Virus record (IMG/VR): IMGVR_UViG_3300025704_000003
Length of the DNA stretch: 64,000 bases
Source of the DNA: a virus
Reading direction: 5' to 3' (one strand)
In this document: positions 44,430 through 54,127 of the stretch, piece by piece
Numbering within the stretch: the first letter of the stretch is position 1
Layout of the letters: each line of letters begins with the position of its first letter
Made by a program: the position numbers and the translations under genes
The notes under the pieces: generated by a model
Databases searched by the model: none
Told to the model about the DNA's origin: nothing
What the model saw: only the letters and a program-made list of their open reading frames with translations

Positions 44430-45039
44430 ATTATTTGACGCTTATGGCTGTGACAAAACTAGAAAACACAAGTATGACAGAGTTTACGAACCTGTCTTAG
44501 AAAAATATAAAGATGAAGAAATTAACATTTTAGAAATAGGAGTATTTAACGGACATAGCACTGAAGCATTTCATGAGTTTTTGCCAAAAGCAAACTTGTA
44601 TGGAATTGATATCTTCGTACGTACTCGGGCTGAAGATCTACCTTGCTATCAAAAAGATCGTACTGATTATCTTAAAGCCAGCAGCATTGAGCCATCAGTA
44701 AGTCGACAGCTTATCGAAAAGTTTGGCAATATTAAGTTTGATGTAATTATCGATGATGGTTTGCATACGCCTAAAGCTAATATGTTGACGTTCCGTTATC
44801 TTTCTAAGTTTCTAAAAGAAGATGGTCATTTCTTTATCGAAGATGTATTTCCACTTGAGTCTATGACTATGAAAGAATTAGAGCATCCATGGTTACGTCG
44901 TCATCCTGATCGCTATAACGCTTTAGATAATAATATGTTTCTAAAAGAAATAGAAGAGTCTGGCATGACTATTACTAGACACGATAACCGTAAGTTAACC
45001 GGTCAACCTGATAGCTATATTATCGAGTTAGTAAAATGA
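44419..45039 (+). CDS. class I SAM methyltransferase (sugar O-methyltransferase-like)
   Basis: DK...HKY, LEIGV, GID, IIDDGLH, FIED. Confidence 0.8.
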   Translation: MLGKLFDAYGCDKTRKHKYDRVYEPVLEKYKDEEINILEIGVFNGHSTEAFHEFLPKANLYGIDIFVRTRAEDLPCYQKDRTDYLKASSIEPSVSRQLIEKFGNIKFDVIIDDGLHTPKANMLTFRYLSKFLKEDGHFFIEDVFPLESMTMKELEHPWLRRHPDRYNALDNNMFLKEIEESGMTITRHDNRKLTGQPDSYIIELVK

Positions 45040-45737
45040 AAGCATATGCAATTACATTAGGAGGACACACCGTGTCTGAAGCTGCGACCGCTGAGTTGAT
45101 TCGCTCGTCGCACCTCGTCGGAAACGATTTTGTAATTGTACCGTTTAAAGCGGTAAGAGCAGAAAATGCTGATACTTGCTTTAGCGAAGCAAATCTTAAA
45201 TGGTCATATCCATGGCATCAGCCTAAAATTGATATGGTTTCTGGATGCACTTTATCTCCGTATCGCACAGCTGATCCTAGAAAGCGTATAGCTTGTTTTT
45301 TAAGTCATTACAAACTATGGGAAGAGTGTGTAAAACTGCAAGAAAATATTTTAGTTTTAGAACACGATGCAGTGTTTACAAGTAAGTTAGACTATGATAT
45401 AATGGACAACAATAACTATGGCGTAATCGGTATTAATGATCCACGTGGTGCAACAAGAAAGGCTATGATATATCATAACATGATACAAGAAAGCAAATAT
45501 CATATTCAGCCAGTTCCTCGAATTGATACGGCTTTAATCCCTCAAGGTTTGGCCGGAAACTCTGCATATATAATTAAACCATGGGCAGCAAAAGAAGTTA
45601 TTGAGACTGTAAAGAGAATCGGAGCATGGCCTAACGATGCCTTGCTTTGTTATCAAAACTTTAAAATGAACTTTCTAGGTGTCACTAAGAAATATTATAC
45701 AAAGGTGCAGGGTACTCCCTCGACAACTACTTTATGA
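45036..45737 (+). CDS. glycosyltransferase family 25
   Basis: ACFLSHYKLW, LEHDA, AYII. Confidence 0.8.
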   Translation: MKAYAITLGGHTVSEAATAELIRSSHLVGNDFVIVPFKAVRAENADTCFSEANLKWSYPWHQPKIDMVSGCTLSPYRTADPRKRIACFLSHYKLWEECVKLQENILVLEHDAVFTSKLDYDIMDNNNYGVIGINDPRGATRKAMIYHNMIQESKYHIQPVPRIDTALIPQGLAGNSAYIIKPWAAKEVIETVKRIGAWPNDALLCYQNFKMNFLGVTKKYYTKVQGTPSTTTL

Positions 45738-46378
45738 AACACTATGTGATTACCATATTTGATAATGAAAAGTCTCAGTCTGTGGCTGAACGATGCATTA
45801 AATCTGGACGATCAATTGGCAAGCTTGAGATCGAAAAGTTTAAAGCTACTACTCCAAACGACGACCTCTATAAAATTATTAAATCTGAAAAGATTAATAT
45901 AGTCGAAATGAATGAGGTTTATTCTAGAACTTCAAATTGCATTGCTGCGTTTATTTCTCATTACAGACTATGGAAACATTCGGTAGAAACTAATCAGGAA
46001 ATCACAATCTTTGAACATGATGCGGTATGTGTCAATACTATTCCTACTTTAATTAATTATAAAGGTGCCGTATCTTTAGGAATGCCTTCATACGGAAAGT
46101 ACCACACGCCAAATAGCTTGGGTGTTAATAGTCTTACTTCTAAGCCTTATTTTCCTGGCGCTCACGCGTATCGGGTAAAGCCAGCAGCAGCACAATTGTT
46201 TATTGATCAGGCTCGTATGGAAGCTAGACCTACTGATGTGTTCTTGAATAGAAATACCTTTCCATTCTTAGAAGAATATTTCCCATGGCCAGTTGAAGCT
46301 AAAGACAGTTTTACTACTATTCAAAGTGAACGCGGATGTACAGCAAAACATAATAAGGTAGAAATTATAGATGTTTAA
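45734..46378 (+). CDS. glycosyltransferase family 25
   Basis: FISHYRLW, FEHDA, GAHAY. Confidence 0.8.
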   Translation: MKHYVITIFDNEKSQSVAERCIKSGRSIGKLEIEKFKATTPNDDLYKIIKSEKINIVEMNEVYSRTSNCIAAFISHYRLWKHSVETNQEITIFEHDAVCVNTIPTLINYKGAVSLGMPSYGKYHTPNSLGVNSLTSKPYFPGAHAYRVKPAAAQLFIDQARMEARPTDVFLNRNTFPFLEEYFPWPVEAKDSFTTIQSERGCTAKHNKVEIIDV

Positions 46379-47027
46379 TACGGATCTTACACGAGCCTTC
46401 ATGACAGGTAGTGATACCAACACTGAATGGATGCTGCCATGGATGCTTGATAACTATCAAAAACATAATACTATTCCTATTACGGTAGTAGATTTTGGTA
46501 TGTCAGACAAGATGCTAAACCATCTTGAGACTAGAGTGCATTCAATTGGAAGACTTGAAACACCACGCAATGTACCGACATGGCTTTATAAACCAGGAGC
46601 AATGCTTAACTCTCCGTATAGAGAGACGTGCTGGCTAGATACTGATTGCGAAGTGCTAGGAGATATTTCAGGAATATTTGATAATCTATTACCTGAAAAA
46701 TTACATATGGTTGTAGACAAGCCTTGGACAAAGCGTGGTAATTCTGAAATGTATAATTCAGGTGTAGTAGCGTTTAAAGGTAAACCACAGATTCTAAAAG
46801 CTTGGGCTCAACAATGTTATGACAGACCTAGCCGCGGCGATCAAGAAACGCTACATGAAATGTTAGATCCTTTGCAAAAGGCTGTTAATATTGTAGATCT
46901 ATCGCATTCATATAATGTTTTACGTCTTGATCATATTGACAAAACCGCTCCAAAGAAAATTTTAATTAATCATTGGACTGGCAATAAAGGCAAAGAAAAA
47001 ATTCGGAGTATGATGAATAATGTCTAA
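46371..47027 (+). CDS. GT-A glycosyltransferase (GT8-like)
   Basis: WLDTD, NSGV, GDQE, HWTG. Confidence 0.75.
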   Translation: MFNTDLTRAFMTGSDTNTEWMLPWMLDNYQKHNTIPITVVDFGMSDKMLNHLETRVHSIGRLETPRNVPTWLYKPGAMLNSPYRETCWLDTDCEVLGDISGIFDNLLPEKLHMVVDKPWTKRGNSEMYNSGVVAFKGKPQILKAWAQQCYDRPSRGDQETLHEMLDPLQKAVNIVDLSHSYNVLRLDHIDKTAPKKILINHWTGNKGKEKIRSMMNNV

Positions 47028-47631
47028 AGTAGCACATATTATTGGAAATGGAGATAGCTTTCGGTTTTATAAGCCGGCTAAAGGTATCATTATGACGTGT
47101 AATCTTCCACCTATGGAAGTTAGCAACGTATATGCTACAGCTATCGTTGATTTTAAAATGTGTCGAGCTATGGATGAAGGTAGTGTAGACTTGCGTGCAT
47201 ATGATTGGGTTATGGGTGCACGTCCTAAAAAATATATGGAAATGAAACCAAACTTTTATATGAGGTTTGCTCGACATATTAAAGAGTTTTATACAGAGCT
47301 ACCACCATATGTTGCTAACTATACAGATTTTAATTGTGGTCACATGTGTACGCACTACGTTTCTAACAAACTAAACTGTGATGAAGTCCATATGTACGGC
47401 TTCGATTCTATCTTTGACTTCAATCTTATTAGTACTACAGACTTTGTGCTTAATTCAAATCGTGATGCATTTAATACGCATAGATTAGCTCAAAACTGGA
47501 GGCCTATTTGGGAAGGTTTGTTTAGACAATTTCCTAATACTCAGTTTGTTGTCTATCATAAGCACGGCGCTGCTAAAGTAAATCTTCCAAAAAATGTTGA
47601 AGTTCGTACTGGTGCTATTAATAAAAAATGA
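47020..47631 (+). CDS. GT29/MptE-like Rossmann-fold protein
   Basis: IIGNGDS, TCN, NCGH, MYGFD. Confidence 0.55.
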   Translation: MSKVAHIIGNGDSFRFYKPAKGIIMTCNLPPMEVSNVYATAIVDFKMCRAMDEGSVDLRAYDWVMGARPKKYMEMKPNFYMRFARHIKEFYTELPPYVANYTDFNCGHMCTHYVSNKLNCDEVHMYGFDSIFDFNLISTTDFVLNSNRDAFNTHRLAQNWRPIWEGLFRQFPNTQFVVYHKHGAAKVNLPKNVEVRTGAINKK

Positions 47632-47669
47632 ATTTAACTGTGTACATTTGATTTGTTTTATGTTAGAGT
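47632..47669 (+). promoter_or_regulatory. early promoter (TGTACA-N17-TAGAGT)
   Basis: Repeated promoter family. Confidence 0.7.
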
Positions 47670-47675
47670 GCTTGT

Positions 47676-48092
47676 ATGATTATTGAATTTACTGGACATG
47701 TGAAAAAAGCAATTCGTGAGGAATCCGAATTAGCTATATGGTTTGCTAAAGAGCAGCTCATGCCACGTTATAGAAAAATAGATATCACTGTAAAATTTGT
47801 GAAAAACCTTAGGGAAAAAGAAGGAATTCACGGTGATGTTTTAGACGAGGATGACAGAGAGTATACGATGCGTATTGACAGCAGTCAAGCTCGTAAAGAA
47901 ATTATCGCCACTATATTACACGAGATGGTTCATGTGTACCAATATGCTACTCGTAAGATGACGCAACCATGTGGCGATCGTATAATCTATGAGAAAAAAG
48001 CATATCCATGGAATATGGAATATGAACAAAAACCATGGGAAATAGAAGCCCATGCATTAGAGCGCGTTTTATATGACAATTTTTATAAATAA
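47676..48092 (+). CDS. Zn metallopeptidase (SprT-like)
   Basis: HEMVH, PWEIEA. Confidence 0.8.
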   Translation: MIIEFTGHVKKAIREESELAIWFAKEQLMPRYRKIDITVKFVKNLREKEGIHGDVLDEDDREYTMRIDSSQARKEIIATILHEMVHVYQYATRKMTQPCGDRIIYEKKAYPWNMEYEQKPWEIEAHALERVLYDNFYK

Positions 48093-48122
48093 CCGTATGT
48101 TTAACAACAACGGGATTCATAT

Positions 48123-48314
48123 ATGGACGACGAAAGCGAGCGGTTTATGCTGCAGCTAGATGATCCGTGCGACCATATTACAGATACTACAGGATGGACA
48201 AGATATGAACACACAAAAGAACGATCCGGAACCGGAAAGATACTACGAGTGGATGCTGTGGAAGATGCGGCAAGTGGAAGCTTTATCGGACTCGGACAAA
48301 AAAATTCTAAGTGA
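48123..48314 (+). CDS. hypothetical protein
   Basis: ORF after TATAAATA (48084-48091). Confidence 0.5.
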   Translation: MDDESERFMLQLDDPCDHITDTTGWTRYEHTKERSGTGKILRVDAVEDAASGSFIGLGQKNSK

Positions 48315-48387
48315 TTGATCTGTAACAAAACTATTTTCGCAAAAAACTAAATTAACTGTGTACATTCCCTTTTAGATATGTTATAAA
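48308..48387 (+). promoter_or_regulatory. early promoter (TGTACA-N17-TATAAA) with an upstream IHF-like site
   Basis: TAAGTGATTGAT...AACAAAACTATTTT...AATTAACTGTGTACA; near-repeat of 55828-55907. Confidence 0.75.
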
Positions 48388-48410
48388 GGATATATCAAGA
48401 GGAGATGAAC

Positions 48411-48665
48411 ATGTCTATACAGAAACTTATCGATCAAACATACTCATATATGCAGACTGCTTCTAAAGATCTACGTGGTCTTTATGAAGATGATATGTCC
48501 GATTTTGAATCAGTACAGCGTTTGATTAATTCAGATGATATTGATGGTGCTGTAGCAAAGATTGATGATATGGATACCACGCCACGTGAGCAGATCGTAT
48601 TGGCTATTGCCGATGAGTACGGTAATGGATACGTAGAAACTGTAATTGGTTATGAGGTAGCATAA
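48411..48665 (+). CDS. hypothetical early protein
   Basis: GAGGAG SD. Confidence 0.75.
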   Translation: MSIQKLIDQTYSYMQTASKDLRGLYEDDMSDFESVQRLINSDDIDGAVAKIDDMDTTPREQIVLAIADEYGNGYVETVIGYEVA

Positions 48666-49066
48666 TGTCATTTACTTATTCAGACGATTGTTTCTCAGAT
48701 CTCCATAAAGATGTTTATGGTTTTCGTCCTCGTGGTACTGCCATGGATAACTGGGACATGATGGGTCCTACTCGTAAACAAGCTTATTGGGATGAGCTTT
48801 GTGCAGAGCTAGAAGCTAACACTATCTTTGAGAAGCAGCAAGCAGAAAATGCTGTTGCTAAATTTGAAGCTCGTGTCAAAGATGTTATCGAGCTAGGCGC
48901 TGGCAATCGTACTAACGCTCTTCTCTGGATGACTAGTTCAGAAAAGTTCTTCCATTCTCAAAGCGTAGAGCATTTTGTTTGGGAGCAAGGCATCTTGTTT
49001 ACCGACTATGGTAGGCAGCTAGTCAAAGACCTTTGTGAAATTGTAGAATATGAGGAATATGTATAA
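48665..49066 (+). CDS. hypothetical protein
   Basis: SDLHKDVYGFRPR motif; TAATG coupling. Confidence 0.8.
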   Translation: MSFTYSDDCFSDLHKDVYGFRPRGTAMDNWDMMGPTRKQAYWDELCAELEANTIFEKQQAENAVAKFEARVKDVIELGAGNRTNALLWMTSSEKFFHSQSVEHFVWEQGILFTDYGRQLVKDLCEIVEYEEYV

Positions 49067-49209
49067 TGTGGTATGTAGAAGTTATTGAAAGCTGGACTAA
49101 TCAAGAAGTTCAGATTTGGGAATGCCTAACAAGGCAGCAGTCTCGTGAAATCCATAGACAGTTTTCACAAAGCGGTGCAGCTATGGTACGATCAGGTATT
49201 ATGCAATGA
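49066..49209 (+). CDS. small hypothetical protein (47 aa)
   Basis: Coupled on both sides (TAATG, ATGA). Confidence 0.65.
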   Translation: MWYVEVIESWTNQEVQIWECLTRQQSREIHRQFSQSGAAMVRSGIMQ

Positions 49210-49556
49210 GTATGCATATGATTCGTGGTGTTCAAGTTCACGGCAGTAAGCGCCGTAAGTCAAAAAACAAATCAAAGTCTCTGTTAAAGGCAGAGGCTGA
49301 CATGGAAAAGTTCTATGCAAAGATGGGTATAGATAAAGACAAGAAGTCAGATTACCGGTATAAATTACCAGATTACGATACTGGACCTCGTATGACTTCT
49401 GATAAAATATGTAGCCACGGGCCCGCTATAGATCGCAAAGAATATAACGGAGAGCGGCAGCTCATAGGAATTGCTACTATGCATAAATCTAATATGGTTC
49501 CAATCTTTGCAGACCGCAAAGAGGATGCCAAAGATATCGCTAGTATGCGCCGGTGA
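49206..49556 (+). CDS. conserved T4-like hypothetical protein
   Basis: GIATMHKSNMVPIF...AKDIASMRR. Confidence 0.8.
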   Translation: MSMHMIRGVQVHGSKRRKSKNKSKSLLKAEADMEKFYAKMGIDKDKKSDYRYKLPDYDTGPRMTSDKICSHGPAIDRKEYNGERQLIGIATMHKSNMVPIFADRKEDAKDIASMRR

Positions 49557-49590
49557 GATTGATAAAAATAAACAAGAAGATAATTGAATT

Positions 49591-49667
49591 CTCTACGTAG
49601 CTCAACTGGATAGAGCAGCCGACTTCTAATCGGCAGGTTGAGGGTTCGAGTCCTTCCGTGGAGGCCA
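49591..49667 (+). tRNA. tRNA-Arg (UCU)
   Basis: Acceptor CTCTACG/CGTGGAG-G-CCA; anticodon arm GCCGA-CTTCTAA-TCGGC; GTTCGAG T-loop. Confidence 0.95.
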
Positions 49668-49671
49668 AAAT

Positions 49672-49860
49672 ATGTGGACGTTAGTACTAATAGTAATTAT
49701 TAACGGTAAAGTCGGAGCAAGTCAAGTTGGAACATACGATAACATGATGGATTGCTTTCGAGATAGAGAATCATTAGCCATAACGGCTGGTGGAAAAGAT
49801 GGGTATTATCCCTTGGATATGCAGGGGATATGCGTTAAAAGAAATCAGATAGGAACATAA
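49672..49860 (+). CDS. small hypothetical protein
   Basis: Hydrophobic N-terminus, two Cys. Confidence 0.65.
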   Translation: MWTLVLIVIINGKVGASQVGTYDNMMDCFRDRESLAITAGGKDGYYPLDMQGICVKRNQIGT

Positions 49861-49949
49861 GATGATTAATTATATTAAAAGACTACATTGGAAATGCATC
49901 GTCGGTACGGTTGCTCTTCTTGTTATTGGATTCTTGCTAGGACACATTT

Positions 49950-50042
49950 ATGCCTTGGCCTAGAAAGAATCGACCAAGTACTGGCCGCCGCAAAATCGGA
50001 TCAAGTAAACGTAAAGCTCGTAGACAAAGGAAGAAGAAATGA
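49950..50042 (+). CDS. tiny, highly basic peptide (30 aa)
   Basis: MPWPRKNRPSTGRRKIGSSKRKARRQRKKK*; ATGA-coupled to the next gene. Confidence 0.55.
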   Translation: MPWPRKNRPSTGRRKIGSSKRKARRQRKKK

Positions 50043-50542
50043 AATATTTAGCTACCGCCGCAATTATTGCAATGACTACAACATCAGCTATGGCAGAAAC
50101 TGTCAGAGCTACTATTACTCGTGTTGAGCCTAATTATGGATATCGACAGGTTAATGCACCAGTACAACAGTGCCAAAATGTTGAAGTGCCAATTTATGGT
50201 TCTGTGCAAGGCGGCGGTGCTACAGGTGGTGACGTACTAGGAGGTATGATCCTAGGCGCGCTGCTTGGTAAAGGCGCTAGCGGTAACAGCGATGGCGCTC
50301 AAGTAGGAGCTGTACTGGGTGGTATTATTGCTGCAGACAAAGGGCAAAAGTCTAGACAGGTTGTAACAGGTTATAAAGTAGAACGTCAATGCCATACAAC
50401 TATCAACACAGAGACCGAACGTTTTGTCAAAAACAATAAAATTTGGTTTACATGGAATGGTATTGAAGGTACAGCATACACATATAATAACTATCGTACA
50501 GGTCAGCGCATTCCAGTACAAGTAACTTTGCAGGCAAACTAA
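50039..50542 (+). CDS. glycine-zipper (YcfJ-like) secreted protein
   Basis: Signal peptide; GGMILGALLG...GAVLGG. Confidence 0.8.
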   Translation: MKYLATAAIIAMTTTSAMAETVRATITRVEPNYGYRQVNAPVQQCQNVEVPIYGSVQGGGATGGDVLGGMILGALLGKGASGNSDGAQVGAVLGGIIAADKGQKSRQVVTGYKVERQCHTTINTETERFVKNNKIWFTWNGIEGTAYTYNNYRTGQRIPVQVTLQAN

Positions 50543-50781
50543 TGGCAGATATTTTTGATTTTGGCTTTACTGCCGTAGACGAAGAAGAATTAGAGGCCGT
50601 ACAGAAAGTTTCTGTTGCGGCCGAATCTGCTGAAGATAGACTGCATAGTTTATATAATGCAATTATACCTTTGCTCAATAATTTAAAACAGAATCCTGAA
50701 AAGGATTATATCTTGTGGCCAAACAGGTTGGAAAAAGTAGAGCAGTTTGAAAGTCATTTGCTATCCATTTATAAAGGATAG
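50542..50781 (+). CDS. conserved hypothetical protein
   Basis: FDFGFTAVDE, NPEKDYILWPNR. Confidence 0.8.
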   Translation: MADIFDFGFTAVDEEELEAVQKVSVAAESAEDRLHSLYNAIIPLLNNLKQNPEKDYILWPNRLEKVEQFESHLLSIYKG

Positions 50782-50784
50782 CAC

Positions 50785-51003
50785 ATGAATACTTTATTTA
50801 CTGCACTTCTGCTTATATGCAATATGGAAAATGGAGTTCCTGTTTGCAAAGGCGTGGCAAATCCTGGTCTTTACCCTACTTTAGAGATATGCTTACAGAG
50901 CGTAGCCGAAGGAATTAAAACCTTTGAGTCTAATGGTTTTAAGGTTGCAGCCTATCAGTGCTACGAATGGGGTACAGGCAAGCATATTAAGGATCTACTC
51001 TGA
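50785..51003 (+). CDS. hypothetical protein
   Basis: ORF with four Cys. Confidence 0.65.
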   Translation: MNTLFTALLLICNMENGVPVCKGVANPGLYPTLEICLQSVAEGIKTFESNGFKVAAYQCYEWGTGKHIKDLL

Positions 51004-51195
51004 ACTCTTCATTGTTTCAGGTATGCAATATGCCCTAATGACCGGAGATCCTGTGTAGGTAAAATTTAGTTCTCTTGCCATATATGTACAGTCTGATAGT
51101 TTAGAGAAATAAACTCTATCGGCTATTTCTTCACCTCTACTTACTATCAGTAGTACAAAATATATCGCACCAAATTCAACCACCAGTTCACCCAA
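50995..51195 (-). CDS. hypothetical protein
   Basis: Last gene of a minus-strand operon. Confidence 0.55.
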   Translation of the reverse strand: MGELVVEFGAIYFVLLIVSRGEEIADRVYFSKLSDCTYMARELNFTYTGSPVIRAYCIPETMKSSE

Positions 51196-51396
51196 TTATG
51201 TTTTACCACCTACGTAACCGGCAACCAATCCAATGATGCCAGTGATGCTCATCTGTAACAACTCTACTATGTTACCGTCTAATTCACCACCGTGTTCATT
51301 TGCTGCAGCAAACTCATCTATTACAATTAACCCGAGCAATGCCATTAAACCGCACGCCATGACAAGGACAATAAGTCCTTTAATATTACTAATCAT
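51196..51396 (-). CDS. small membrane protein (2 TM)
   Basis: Hydrophobic; GAGG SD. Confidence 0.7.
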   Translation of the reverse strand: MISNIKGLIVLVMACGLMALLGLIVIDEFAAANEHGGELDGNIVELLQMSITGIIGLVAGYVGGKT

Positions 51397-51714
51397 TTAA
51401 AATTCCTCTACTACAAACTCGCCCCAGGCTTGGCCAAATATCCATATTAAAACTAATATATACGCAGATGCAACTAATAGTGCAGGCACAACAAGTAGCT
51501 GTATCCAACGCGGTTTATTCTTTACCCAACGAATTATTTTTTTAATTTTATTTTTTAATCCATCTAATACATAAGTGCCTATTGTCCAACGTATCATTCT
51601 CATTACTATTAGAATAGGCGAAGTGATTACATCAAAGAGCACCAGGAAAAGATCTACTGCAGCATCGACGATATTGTCAAGGCTAAATACTTTCTTGAGT
51701 TTATTCTTATCCAT
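51397..51714 (-). CDS. membrane protein
   Basis: Hydrophobic C-terminus. Confidence 0.7.
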   Translation of the reverse strand: MDKNKLKKVFSLDNIVDAAVDLFLVLFDVITSPILIVMRMIRWTIGTYVLDGLKNKIKKIIRWVKNKPRWIQLLVVPALLVASAYILVLIWIFGQAWGEFVVEEF

Positions 51715-51727
51715 TTTTTACCCGTTC

Positions 51728-52009
51728 TTAAACACCAAAGCTCTCTCCGCATCCACAACTTGCTGTTGCATTAGGATTGACCACCTTTAAGAAGGATCCT
51801 CCTAACTCTTCAACATAATCAATTGTACATCCGAAGATAAACATTTCAGCCATTGGGTCTAACCATAGGTTTTCTACTGTAGCAGCTGCATCAGTCACAC
51901 CCCATTCATATTGAAAGCCTGCGCATCCCCCGCCTTTTACAGCAAGAGATACGTTTGGCTTACCAACCTTTTTCAAATATTCTTTGGCAGGTTCAGTTAC
52001 TTTTATCAC
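51728..52009 (-). CDS. iscA: Fe-S cluster assembly A-type carrier (IscA/HesB)
   Basis: KGGGCAGFQY, NPNATASCGCGESF. Confidence 0.9.
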   Translation of the reverse strand: MIKVTEPAKEYLKKVGKPNVSLAVKGGGCAGFQYEWGVTDAAATVENLWLDPMAEMFIFGCTIDYVEELGGSFLKVVNPNATASCGCGESFGV

Positions 52010-52401
52010 CTATTATCTACTACCGTTTTCTTTTGCGTAGCTGTTACACTATTCTTTTTAGATGCAGCTATAGCTTCCTTGCCATAGAAGGCTGCAACAA
52101 TTGCTGCGACTGATACAAAGTAAACCGCTGCCATATCACCAAGGATTTCACCAGCTTGTACTAGTCCTAACCATATTGCAAGTACTACAGAGAAAGGATA
52201 TAGCAGCATTCCAAATAATGCAAACCATGCCATGTTTCTCTGTGCGTCTTGTTTCTTGTCTTCATTTTCCATATCAGAACGCATGTCCTGAAGCTCAATC
52301 ATTCTCTGTTCCATTGCAATCTCTTCATCAGTTATAACGCCATCACCATCACGATCCAAATGATTCCATTGGGAATCAGTATCTAGTTGTTTACCGGCCA
52401 T
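52006..52401 (-). CDS. EF-hand-like loop plus 2-TM membrane protein (holin-like architecture)
   Basis: DRDGDGVITDEE; QRNMAW; two TM helices. Confidence 0.65.
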   Translation of the reverse strand: MAGKQLDTDSQWNHLDRDGDGVITDEEIAMEQRMIELQDMRSDMENEDKKQDAQRNMAWFALFGMLLYPFSVVLAIWLGLVQAGEILGDMAAVYFVSVAAIVAAFYGKEAIAASKKNSVTATQKKTVVDNR

Positions 52402-52403
52402 TT

Positions 52404-52586
52404 TTACCTCTTTAAATTTTTCTTTTGTGGACATTTTGAATCTGGGTAGTACCAAAACTTTTTATCATAGTATCGATTGGGTTTAGTTACATTCTCTCTA
52501 TATGTACATACTTGCACAAACGTGTTTGCGCCGTTAATCCAAAAATGCGTATACGTCACGGCTACTAATATAAACTCTACCACCAT
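52404..52586 (-). CDS. hypothetical protein
   Basis: ORF within the operon. Confidence 0.55.
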   Translation of the reverse strand: MVVEFILVAVTYTHFWINGANTFVQVCTYRENVTKPNRYYDKKFWYYPDSKCPQKKNLKR

Positions 52587-53059
52587 CCTTTAGCTAATCC
52601 AGTTAACCAAACCATCCCACTAATTATCGCGATCGCCAGTAATCCTAAGAATATACCAGCTACCCATTCAATGATTAACTGCTTTCGTTCTTCTTTTTTA
52701 TATACGGCCTCTCTACGCTCCTTACGCATCTGGGCTTCAATCCGTACAATCTCGTCCCAGGCCGATGGACCATAAAATAGCGAAATATGAGACCGTAATT
52801 CCTCACGCATTTCCTTTGCCTTCTGTTTGTGTCCCCAGACTTCCAATGCATTTTGTTCAACTTGACTTGCACCAAATATCTTTTTAAACATCGGCGGGTT
52901 TTCTGCCTTACCGTGAGCAAAATCTAAGTCAGACATTGCGCCAGCCCACTGCGATAGTGTGCCTGCCATGTCAGATATATCTTTCCCCACAGCCATCATT
53001 TTCTTAAGGCCATTGTATGCAGCTGTAGCCCCAGCTATAGCCGTTACTGGATCGATCAT
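52577..53059 (-). CDS. hypothetical protein with a C-terminal TM helix
   Basis: MIDPVTAIAGA; GGAGG SD. Confidence 0.75.
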   Translation of the reverse strand: MIDPVTAIAGATAAYNGLKKMMAVGKDISDMAGTLSQWAGAMSDLDFAHGKAENPPMFKKIFGASQVEQNALEVWGHKQKAKEMREELRSHISLFYGPSAWDEIVRIEAQMRKERREAVYKKEERKQLIIEWVAGIFLGLLAIAIISGMVWLTGLAKGWW

Positions 53060-53088
53060 CTCGAGCCGTCCTCCATTGTTCCTGAAGC

Positions 53089-53100
53089 TATTTATAAATA
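53089..53100. promoter_or_regulatory. bidirectional overlapping T4 late promoters
   Basis: Palindrome TATTTATAAATA gives TATAAATA on both strands between divergent genes. Confidence 0.8.
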
Positions 53101-53125
53101 AAGAGTAATTTAGAGGAGATTTGTT

Positions 53126-54037
53126 ATGCAAAAACCTGTACTAGTAGCCGGAGGATGCTCGTTTACTGATCCAAATAACTGGCAATATTTTTCAAAAAGC
53201 CATGGAGTTAATGAAATCAAGGCTTGGCCACAAGTTTTAGCTGATATTATTAAAGATAAGCACGGAATAGATTATAAAGTAATTAATACTGGCCGCGGCG
53301 GAGCTAGTTTAAGTAAATCAATTGACCGAATACAAAGAGCTGTATTTTCAGAAGAGCGTAATATAAAGCCACATCCAGAAAATTTAATAGTACTAGGATT
53401 GACAGATTGGTGGCGAGAATACTCTACATACACTGAAATTAATTTTAACCCTGCTGTATATTATATGTACCAACTAAAAGACAGTATAGAAAAGGGAGAA
53501 CATCCCTTAGTTTCGCTTCCTCGCCATATATCAAATAATCCTGAAGACCAAGAGCGCGCATTGCGAGACTGTGAACGAATGGGTATAGAAAATTTTGCGC
53601 GTGACTGGTTACCGAATTATTATGTTTGGGGCGAGTATAGAAAAAGAAGAATTCATTATGCGTTTCAACAGATATATAATGTTATAACTATGGCAAAAGC
53701 TCTTGGATATAAAGTTTTAATTTATCAACTTTTATATCCGCTCCCTCCACACGAACATTATTTAGAAAGATTTGGTCTTGAAAACCCGCTTAAGCAAAGT
53801 ATGGATGCATGGCTAATCGATCATATGCATGAAGTCTTTTTGTATGATGTTTTAAAAAAAGAAGAATCTATAATAGGATTTCCTTTTGTTAAAGTTTTAG
53901 GTGGATATAATTACGAGGCCTCTATCAATTATCAAAATGAAAAATATTGTATTGCTCCGAACGATGGTCATCCAAACCAACTTGGACACGAACTTATAGC
54001 GAAAGAATTTTATAATGCTTGGAAAAATACAGAGTAA
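53126..54037 (+). CDS. SGNH-hydrolase-like protein
   Basis: AGGCSFT, NTGRGG, DGHPNQLGH. Confidence 0.7.
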   Translation: MQKPVLVAGGCSFTDPNNWQYFSKSHGVNEIKAWPQVLADIIKDKHGIDYKVINTGRGGASLSKSIDRIQRAVFSEERNIKPHPENLIVLGLTDWWREYSTYTEINFNPAVYYMYQLKDSIEKGEHPLVSLPRHISNNPEDQERALRDCERMGIENFARDWLPNYYVWGEYRKRRIHYAFQQIYNVITMAKALGYKVLIYQLLYPLPPHEHYLERFGLENPLKQSMDAWLIDHMHEVFLYDVLKKEESIIGFPFVKVLGGYNYEASINYQNEKYCIAPNDGHPNQLGHELIAKEFYNAWKNTE

Positions 54038-54127
54038 ATTTATTAGATTATATTATAAAATAAAATATAAATTTAGTAAAAAGAAACCTCATATAAATCG
54101 TCTTTATATTTACGAAGAGGATGATTA

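Noticed and set aside
49888-50127. 79-aa ORF from the track
   Set aside because: Better explained by two short ORFs in other frames (49862-49963 and 49950-50042) plus the gene starting at 50039.
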